This document shows, one piece after another, positions 54,201 through 64,000 of a DNA stretch of 64,000 bases. This DNA is from Tubiluchus corallicola (taxonomy: Eukaryota; Animalia; Priapulida), in assembly GCA_030141605.1 (NCBI GenBank), contig JAQGDQ010000318.1, positions 1 to 64,000 on the forward strand. Reading direction: 5' to 3'. The position numbers were made by a program, and so were the translations under genes. The stretch's first letter is position 1. The number at the start of each line of letters is the position of its first letter. Under the pieces are notes generated by a model. The model was not told where the DNA came from and ran no database searches. It worked only from the letters and a program-made list of their open reading frames with translations.

Positions 54201-57200
54201 ACAGTCAATTATGTTATTCGTCTGAAGTGTTCCTAACAAAGCTGCCCTGTTTTGAGCATTTTTTTACTCCTTTACCCACTTCTCATCAGCTTCTTTATCG
54301 TTGAACAAGGAGGGTGGTTGTAGCGTTTGCTCTCATTGTACGTCATACTAACTCTTCTAAATCGTATGCATACATGTATGTTTTTAAAGTTATGTGTATA
54401 GGATTATTTTATCTATTTTATTTATTTATTTATTATTATTATCACATTCGGTACAATATAGTGACATTAAGCACACAGTGACATCAAAATTATTACATCA
54501 TACTGTATTAAATTGTTATGTTTCATACACTATCGTTATCGTAAAAGAATAATTGTACTGCAGTGGGCTAGAGAAGCAAAGGCTTGTATAAGCCCACTGT
54601 CATGTGAAACCGATAAAAACAGAATGGATGAGTGAACAAAAAAAAGAACTGGGAGAAAGGTTAGAGCACACAGGAAGGGTAGAAGGATGTGTTAGTGGAA
54701 ATGGTAGGAAGAAAGATAATAGATTGCACTATGTTGACATCAGCTCTAGAGATTTATCAATGATGCCTTATTTTACGCAATCTGTACCTGTATCGTATGC
54801 ATACATATACATTTTTTAAAGTTATGTGTGTAGGATTATAAAAACGTGGTAGTCTCTATAGAAAATTGTGGTTCTACAGAGAACCCTATCCTGTTTAGAA
54901 AGTGAAAAGCTACTTTAGGCAGACGTCGATAACATAATATAGCATTTAATTCATATTAGACCAGTGGTTCTTAGCCTTGTTGGAGGTACCGAACCCCACC
55001 AGTTTCATATGCGCATTCACCGAACCCCTCTTTAGTGAAAAATAAAATATGATTTTTTTCAAATTCAAGACACAGATATGTTTTTTAAAATATTAAAGAA
55101 ATCACACGACGTACTACAACGACAGTCACACGTTGACTACTGAGCGCGCACTAAATTCCCCGCAGCGCTGATTGGCCAAGCAGTGTAGCATGATCATCTG
55201 CAGCCAGTGATGGCCAAGCGGGGCGTGTGTGTCATCACGAAATTACACGATAATTCAAGTGTGTCTGGACCTCCGCTGCGGAGGCTCTGCCGAACCCCTG
55301 AGATCGACTCACCGAACCCTAAGGGTTCGATCGAACCCAGGTTAAGAACCACTGTATTAGACGTTTGAGCAATTAATTAAAATTCATTAATCTAGGTGAT
55401 TGTTGGTTCTTGGCTGCTGTTGCTACGTTGGCTTTGAATCCTCGATTACTTGGAAGGGTCATTCCTTCCGACCAAAGTTTTGCAGAGGAAGACTACTGCG
55501 GGGCCTTCCATTTCCAATTCTGGCGTTTCGGCACTTGGGTGGACATTATTGTGGATGACCGCTTGCCCACACATGCAGGAAAATTGTTCTTTTTACACTC
55601 TGGGTCAGAAAATGAATTCTGGACTGCTCTACTGGAAAAGGCTTTTGCTAAGTATGTATTGTGGAATTAAAAGAAAGATAGGTATTTTCAATATTCATAA
55701 CCTATTCGTTTGTGACCTTAGCAACACTTCTCACAGTTTTGGGATAATGGTCACAGTTGATTCAAGAGTGGTGGCTCCATCTACCCATTAGAAAAGTGAA
55801 ACTCTGTACCAGATTATGAAAGAAGCAGCAACTTTGTCTGGACACTCATATGTCGATTTGTCGAAGAAAAGCGTCAGTCCTAATCTGCCGATTGTCCGTA
55901 CTTACCGATACTAAGCTAACATAACAGGCTCTGTGTATTAGACTCACGGAAATGTGAAATCAATCGCTTAATTGCCTCAAAAACGCCTAAGTACGACCCG
56001 CTCCTATGCACAAATATATAAAAACTGTTGGCAATTGACTCAAATAACTCCGCGTAATTCTAAATTTTTATCAACACACGTGGTTACACTGATGCACGTG
56101 ATGTAAACAAAGTGACGGCCTGCCAACTAGCGGTCAGCAAATACGACTGTGCCCGAATTATGCAGACTTTTAACAGCCCAGATTTTGTCCGAATTTTCCG
56201 ATATCCGTATAACCGAGGTCCGGCAAACCGAGATATGAGTGTAGTTTTGCCTTGAAAATGGTGGACACCTAGAGCTATAGATTTGTACAACAGACCTATA
56301 AATTTTAACAAATTGATCAGGGTTCCCATGTTCAGGGAAAATCCTTGAAAATACAGGTACTGAGGTACACTCGGTGCAGCGCCTGTTTTTGTGCAATACG
56401 TTTCCAAGATACAGGTCAAAAGTCGAGGTCACATGGTCAAAATAAATTTTCCCCATGTTGCCTTTAATTATGTGAATGCGTGGGTTTGTACCTCTATTGA
56501 GTGCTCCCAAATTAGTTTTCTTTTCTGTGCAGTTTTTGACAACGAGTTACGTAAAAAAACATTCTGATGAACGAAAAGGCAGTGCATAGCAGACGAATCA
56601 GCTTTCTGACTCCCCCCCCCCTCATCTGTTATGTGCATCAACCAGCGTGAATCGGCGCTGACAACAAGCGTGATTTTACATGCTTTAGCTGTGTTCGCAC
56701 CCTAACACACACTAGGTGGAGCGCTTCGTTTGAGACTTTGTTTCTTTACAGGATGCACGGCTGTTACGAGGCCCTCGACGGAGGCTGGCAAAGCGAGGCA
56801 ATGACGGACTTTACCGGCGGCGTCACGCAGTATTACGACCTTAGGAACGAAGTGCCCGCCGATTTATTTCTTTTGATGAAAAAATCTTTGGAACGACATG
56901 GCATGCTGGGTGTTTCAAATGACGTACGTAAATTTTGCTAAAGTGTGAACAGATTAAGAGCAGATTTTTGGAACTACTGTAGATTTATGTGCTGTGGTAA
57001 AACGTAATAATGTATATGCAATAAGTCTTGTAAGTGATTTCAATGAAGTATATTTTTGGTTGGCCACTTTCTGCTCAAATTGTTGAGCGGTTTTTCAACC
57101 TGCAAAAGTCATAAATTATACTCATAAGCTGCATATGTTTTATCCCCTTAGCCGGCCAAGGGGTTTTTATATTTGGTCAAATATCGATTTTTTATTTTTT

Positions 57201-60200
57201 AAGAAAACAAACGCTAAATATATTGGACTTTTATATGCTAGCATGAAATTATCAGAAAATGTCCAAAAAAACTAAAAATTTAATTTTATAACTTCTTACT
57301 CACTTTTCTGTCTAGAAACTAGTACTGCAATTGTAAAAAAAAAACTTGTATTTTCTAACTCCGGTTGTAGCTCTTGGAAGCAGTCATTTTGCTTTGTATT
57401 TTTTTCTGTTGACAAGACCAAATCTTCGTCAGGAAGAGCCATCTACTGGATATAAACGTAACTTCAATTTGCTCTTTTAAAATATACATAGCAACAACAA
57501 TTTCGTACGGTTGCTAAGTATTTTGTAGACAAGCGACAAAAAACGACTAAAGAACATGCGGGGGTAAAAAAATACCCCATGAAAGTTTTGCTTAACATGT
57601 GTTACTAACTGGACAGAATGACCAGCTGGTAACTGAGGTGCTCCTGTTAGTAGAAAAACAAGTTCTGCGGCAAGTTGGCATAGATATGTGAATGCACGAA
57701 GGATAAGGAGAAGCTTTCCACTATTGCACTATATTGTTTATGTTCGGTTTATCAAGTTTTGTGAAAATTTTTATAATAACCTAACGATGTTCACTGTTTA
57801 ATTCTAAGACATCCATTTTGTCTTCACTTGCTGCATCTTCTAAAATTTTATCTTCATCAGCTTCAAGCTTAGTCACCTGTATAGCAGAGTTCCTGCCATA
57901 TTTCTAATGAAGAATGACCACAAACTTTAATATGAATGACCACAAACTTTAATATGAATGTCCACAAACTTTAATATGAATGTCCACAAACTTTAATAAG
58001 AATGTCCACAAACTTTAATATGACTGACCACAAACTTTAATATGAATGTCCACAAACTTTAATATGAATGTCCACAAACTTTAATATGAATGTCCACAAA
58101 CTTTAATAAGAATGTCCACAAACTTTAATAAGAATGTCCACAAACTTTAATATGAATGTCCACAAACTTTAATATGAATGTCCACAAACTTTAATATGAA
58201 TGTCCACAAACTTTAATATGAATGTCCACAAACTTTAATAAGAATGTCCACAAACTTTAATATGAATGTCCACAAACTTTAATATGAATGTCCACAAACT
58301 TTAATATGAATGTCCACAAACTTTAATATGAATGTCCACAAACTCTAATAGGAATGTCCACAAACTTTAATAAGAATGTCCACAAACTTTAATATGAATG
58401 TCCACAAACTCTAATATGAATGTCCACAAACTTTAATATGAATGTCCACAAACTTTAATAAGAATGTCCACAAACTTTAATAAGAATGTCCACAAACTTT
58501 AATATGAATGTCCACAAACTTTAATATGAATGTCCACAAACTCTAATATGAATGTCCACAAACTTTAATATGAATGTCCACAAACTTTAATAAGAATGTC
58601 CACAAACTTTAATATGAATGTCCACAAACTTTAATATGAATGTCCACAAACTTTAATATGAATGTCCACAAACTTTAATATGAATGTCCACAAACTTTAA
58701 TATGAATGTCCACAAACTTTAATATGAATGTCCACAAACTTTAATATGACTGTCCACAAACTTTAATATGAATGTCCACAAACTTTAATAGGAATGTCCA
58801 CAAACTTTAATATGAATGTCCACAAACTTTAATATGAATGTCCACAAACTTTAATAGGAATGTCCACAAACTTTAATATGAATGTCCACAAACTTTAATA
58901 TGAATGTCCACAAACATTAATATGAAGTTTCTAGGACTTTCCAGTCTTAAAAACGCAATGTTTTAATCGCTCAAACTGTATGCATCAAAATTATTTTGTA
59001 ATGTAATTTGCACATGTATATCTCTTTTGTAATTTCTGGATAATGTTGCATTTATATTTATATTTACTTCAGTGAAATTATCTGTATTTTTACTATGACT
59101 GTTAGATGCAGAGTGGAAATAAATGAACTAAACTATAAAAAGAAACTCTTATGAAAAAACTATATAAATAATAAGCACTACACAGTTCTTCCTATGTAGA
59201 AAACAAACAGAACAACTTTTTTCCACTAATTAACTTGCAATTTCAATCGAAAGAACCAGACGAACGTCTTTCCCGCAAACTAATGAAAAGTTGAGCATTT
59301 TTCGCAGCCTTATTTTGCAAGCGAGCAATTTTTTGATGCCGTGCGCAGAAATGTTTATTAGCCTTTCATTGGATTGTGAGTTTGCGCATTTTTAAAAGGT
59401 ATAAATCAATTTAAATGAAATTGTTCATTCATCGCAGCCTATATCAAAATCGTAATTACATATTATGTTTTCCTTATGTTTCCTTGCTATTATTACATCA
59501 TTTACTTTATTACATCAATTACATTAAGTCATCTACAAAAGCACGCATAACTTTAATAATTTTTTCATTTAAGTAAGGTGAGTGTGTTAATGACCGTATG
59601 GTCGTGCACTCACCTCGCACTACTCAAATCATTTTATTTATCGTTTATTAATGTGTACAATATTGTATTTTGATGTGTGAAAATAAATTCATAGTTCATA
59701 GTTCATAAAATTGCTTCTCGTCATGCTTCTGCCTTTTGTGAAAACTGCTAAAAAATTGATTTGTGTTTTGCAGCCTACACCTGGTATTATAGAAGCCAAG
59801 ATGACTAGTGGGTTGATTGCTGGACACGCTTACAGCATAACTGCTTGTGCTTTGGTATGTCTGCTGAATAGTACTTTGCATGACTAATGAATAGAGCCCA
59901 GAGCCGCGTCGTTTCAGCTGACCTCCGGGCAGTTTATTTCTACAGTTGACCTAGGTTTAGGAAACCCAGCTTTAGTCGCGCCAGCGGCTCAGTGATGGGA
60001 GTCAAGCTAGCCAGCATTTTTGCCGGCTGCAAAGATTTCCGCTCTTGCGATAATCACGTGACACTGCAAATCTGGTTGAAATATGGCAAACGCTTTGCGG
60101 ATCGTGCGTGTGCTGTCAGAGATAGTAAACTTTAAATTTTTGAACGAGAAAGCTGGTCAATTCAAAATTAAATACACAAATAGGCAACGTTAGTCACACG

Positions 60201-61960
60201 TCTGGGATCATTTTGGTGTTTTGGTATTGATTCGTCGGTGATTGATTTGCCGTTTCCGTTTCATACAGTCCGTGCTTAACGACTCCCCGTTTAGCAACGT
60301 TGGCACCTTTTTCTCCCTTAACGACCCGTGTTTCATTTTAACGAGAATTTTTTTGTTTTGTTCAGAGCCATTGTTTATTTTATCAAGAACATTTTTACCC
60401 AATTTGAAGTATTAAAACGGCGCATTGTTTCCTCGCTACTTCGCGGTTCGTTTATCGCGGACTCGCTGTTTCGCGGGTTTTCAAAAATATTAATGTAAAA
60501 TATTTATCGCGGTATTTTCGCTGTTTCGCGGGTTTTTGCGGTACTCTGTCTAAAGTACTTTTGCACATGCGTAGTATGTATTGTACAGTAATGTATAGAT
60601 ATGATGAATTTTGCATAAAAAAAATCACAAAATGTATAAAAATATATTAAAAATGTTAATTCTAACGTTAAAAGAATATTATAAATCATAAAAAATTACC
60701 ATTTACAGTAAATAGTGTATTTATTCGGCGGATGAATACACACCAAATCCGAAATGTAGTACTTGCGCCCGTTTGAGATGCTACTTGCCGATGTGAGATT
60801 GTGGGAAGGGTTTATAAAGACTTAAAATAATGTATAACTACTAAAATAAGTATAGCGTCTTTACTTCGCAGAAATTCAGTTATCACAGGTGGGCCTGGAA
60901 CGGAACACCCGCGATAAGTGAGGGAACACTGTATTACGTTATTCTGTTTTAAAACGCGCTACTAATGTAAAACTGTAGAATTATTATTTACGTTTTTGCT
61001 TCCCGACTGACTGCTCAATGCTAGCCGTTCGTGGAATTTTGCCTGCAACCTGTTGTTATAGCAACCAGTATCTAGATCAGGGTTGTGCAAATTGCTGCCC
61101 GCCAAGAGAATTTGTGCGGCCCGTGAAGAGATTTGTCAACCTAATGAAAGTGCGGCCCGGGCGATTAATTGAGTGTATCCAGCTGAAGTTCGTGCCACGA
61201 TCCCAAAGATAATGCGGGTAGTTTTTCTACTAGATCAGATGCCATTAACCCTTACAAGACGGTTGTAGCTTAATAACACTGTACTACACAGACTGTGTGA
61301 TACACATTACTAATATGCATTGTAATGAAATTACCACTATCTGTCCTGAAAGTAGAAATATATGGTTTGTAATATAAATTTTAATAACTTCTAAAATAGT
61401 TTCTTGAGTGTAGTAGTGCAGTAGTAATGATGTAAGCAGGTTGGATGCAAAAAAATCGTTATTAGGCCTTTCTGTACTTGACTCCTTGATCAAACTGCCT
61501 GTGGCCTGCAGGAATTGCGGGAAAGTTTAATGTGGCCCAGCTAGTCAGATAATTTGCACACCCCTGGTCTAGATGATATTGTCTCAAGGCCTCCCAAGGT
61601 TTACCATACAGTATTCTACCGCCAACTGCATAGCTAGTGCGTCATCATTGACGTTAGCTGGGTACTTGTAAGAAAGCTAGGTAGTCTTAAGCAAGCAGAA
61701 AGAAATAAATCACCACAAATATGAATCAACTTATAAACCGTTTGCCTCTGGAACGTATCTGAATTCTGTGGAAGTCTTGGTTTTGTTTAATGTCGCATTA
61801 TCAAGGATTCACTGGAGTCACTCAAGCGAGTACTCACTGCATTTCGTAATTTGCTTTTTCAGCCGTACGTAGAAACTAAGAAATGCTCCGGGAACATTCC
61901 CATGGTGCGGATTCGTAATCCTTGGGGTGAAGTCGAATGGAAGGGGTCGTTTAGCGATCG
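48241..61960 (+). CDS. Calpain (CysPc protease core); continues beyond the window end
   Basis: Exons 48241-48264, 49364-49537, 50675-50797, 52937-53006, 55396-55651, 56752-56923, 59774-59854, 61863-61960 with consistent phases. Motifs [23 protein letters not shown] (Cys), [18 protein letters not shown] (His), RIRNPWG (Asn). The first two exons are less certain. Confidence 0.92.
49722..50571. mobile_element. Inverted copy of the 10876-11750 repeat
   Basis: Reverse-complement similarity over ~850 bp; both copies give the same spurious ORFs. Confidence 0.65.
51012..52910. repeat. 36-bp minisatellite (~52 copies) in a calpain intron
   Basis: Unit gccccacacaaatgtttatttatcatgccaagttct. Confidence 0.97.
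54962..55354. mobile_element. hAT-type MITE in a calpain intron
   Basis: TIR cagtggttctta/taagaaccactg; perfect 8-bp TSD tattagac. Confidence 0.9.
57912..58926. repeat. 22-bp minisatellite (~46 copies) in a calpain intron
   Basis: Unit gaatgtccacaaactttaatat. Confidence 0.97.
60423..60931. mobile_element. Tigger/pogo-like MITE
   Basis: Right end gcgataagtgagggaacactg|TA; degenerate left end cattgtttcctcgctacttcgcgg; repeated ttcgcgg subterminal motifs. Confidence 0.65.
61078..61566. mobile_element. hAT MITE family H1
   Basis: Same TIRs and interior; TSD atctagat/gtctagat. Confidence 0.88.
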
Positions 61961-62275
61961 GTATGATATACGTTCACTTGTTTCTTGTAAAAAATAAGAC
62001 AGCTTGTTTTAAGGTCATTGATTTTTCTACGGTTTTTGTGTATCTCTATTCCTCGTTCTGGTCGAACATGGGACTGAGCTGGCACTGAGTTACACAACTG
62101 GGACATCTACCCGGTTCTGTGTTTGTACCAGCCGGCACGACTAGAAAAAAACGATCACCTTTTAACTGCTGGTTTTATAAAAAAAATACAGAGCCGACAC
62201 TGAGAGAGAACACATTTTCACACACTCTCTTTCAGACTAATACTGACTCATGCGTGACAGGGAGGCAGACTTTCG

Positions 62276-62960
62276 AAGGACAAGAAAAGGGGTACCTGAA
62301 ACAGGTTTCAGAAAAATCTCTTTAGAAAATTACGTTACTTTATAGCAAATTTATGCATATATTGTACTCGCATTGAAAGGATTTTTTGTTTGTTTTCACT
62401 TTGAATCTCCAGCCATACTGTTCCGACCGCGTCATTACATGACGTCATATACGCACAACGTAAATCAGGGGAAGAAAAGGAAATGTTAAACTATGTCCCT
62501 AAAAAATTTTCATGCAAAGTTATATTACTTAAGATTTCGCCTACCTGCTGGAAAGACTTATGTAACTAAAAAGAAAATTATTAATTATTTAAAATGCTTT
62601 CACCAATTGGTAAAATGTCACTGACTCAGCCTCCAGGGTGCACCACTCACTAACCAAAAACGTATTTTTAATCTTATTGACAAGATACAGTAATTTTGAA
62701 TATTACTTAGTTAGCAACATGTGCTACGAATGCTCTGATTATTTTTTCAAACTTTACTCAGTGTTGTCTAAACTTGTTTCAAGTGACCTATCGTCAAAAT
62801 GGCTGCATCTAACGGTCGTTGCAGGAGTTTAAATTTACAAGTTTTATACAGCATTACTACCAACACAAGCCCTGCATGCAAAAAGACAGTATGTAAGTGG
62901 TATAAAATTTCGTGACAAATTTTTAAGCTTTATGTAAGTGGAGGGTTTTTCTTGTGCTTT
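62276..62960 (+). mobile_element. Copy of the 26090-26851 repeat family
   Basis: Colinear with 34838-35370 and extends further. Confidence 0.6.
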
Positions 62961-63331
62961 AACATATTTGGCACACTAAAAACATAATTCATCATTAGAG
63001 TATTGCTCTTTTGACTGGAATATTAAGTGTGTGTGTTAACTTTGAAATAAAAAAACGGTAGGGCTTGAATCTGCAGTTCATGGTGTTTTTGTCGACTTTA
63101 CCCATTATCAGTTGTAACCAGTGCTAGCACTATACCACGATCATGAACAAACCATAGTTCACTGGACCACAGTAACAAACATATCGATTTCACAAAAGTT
63201 CTTGCGTGTTTTGCGCTACACGTGGTTAATTTATTTTATAGTAAGATAAGTAAAGTACGCCGTGTACACGAAGAAGATCCATTACTGCCAACTATACAAC
63301 CTGTATTGACACAGCTTGTTTTAACACTAGC

Positions 63332-63334
<3 letters not shown>

Positions 63335-63393
<59 letters not shown>

Positions 63394-63405
63394 ATGCGTG
63401 TGTGC

Positions 63406-63441
<36 letters not shown>

Positions 63442-63629
63442 ATATATATATATATAGATACATAGATAAATAGATACATATAGATAGATAGTTAGGTAGG
63501 TGGGTTGGGTTTGGGTGGGTGGATGGATGGATGGATGGATGGATGGATGGATGGATGGATGGATGGATGGATGGATGGATGGATGGATAGATAGATAGAT
63601 AGATGGATAGATGGATAGATGGATAGATG

Positions 63630-63712
<83 letters not shown>

Positions 63713-63837
63713 GGATAGATAGATGGATAGATAGATGGATAGATGGCTAGATGGATAGATGGATAGATAGATAGATGGATAGATAGATAGATAGATAGAT
63801 AGATGGATAGATAGATAGATAGATGGATAGATGGATG

Positions 63838-63876
<39 letters not shown>

Positions 63877-63975
63877 GGATAGATGGATAGATGGATAGAT
63901 GGATAGATAGATAGATAGATAGATGGATAGATAGATAGATAGATAGATGGATAGATGGATAGATGGATGGATATA
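63335..63975. repeat. Compound (GT)n/(AT)n/(GATG)n/(GATA)n microsatellite
   Basis: Directly visible. Confidence 0.97.
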
Positions 63976-64000
63976 TCTGTATACGTGAATAGAGTACTAA

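Overview
AT-rich, repeat-laden genomic DNA from an animal, most likely an invertebrate; the 5S-derived sequence resembles mollusc/annelid-type 5S. I reconstructed six protein-coding genes by hand from splice sites and reading-frame phase. (1) A minus-strand gene with 10 coding exons in the window (1744-15052, 3' end off-window) fuses a DUF2064/TIGR04282-type domain to a TIGR04283-type GT2 glycosyltransferase domain; in bacteria these families accompany the arsenosugar radical-SAM enzyme ArsS. (2) Intronless SYS1. (3) Intronless, GC-rich AK6. (4) Four-exon NUDT16 on the minus strand. (5) An MS4A/CD20-like tetraspan gene nested antisense in a NUDT16 intron. (6) A calpain (8 exons so far, catalytic Cys/His/Asn intact), head-to-head with NUDT16. 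Introns and intergenic DNA hold 5S rRNA-derived SINE3 copies, a bipartite non-autonomous RTE element, several hAT MITE families with 8-bp TSDs, Kolobok-like and Tigger-like elements, LINE fragments and many locus-specific minisatellites. The strongest candidate for an uncharacterised system is the intron-containing animal TIGR04282-TIGR04283 fusion enzyme. All family assignments come from motif recognition and need HMM/BLAST confirmation.
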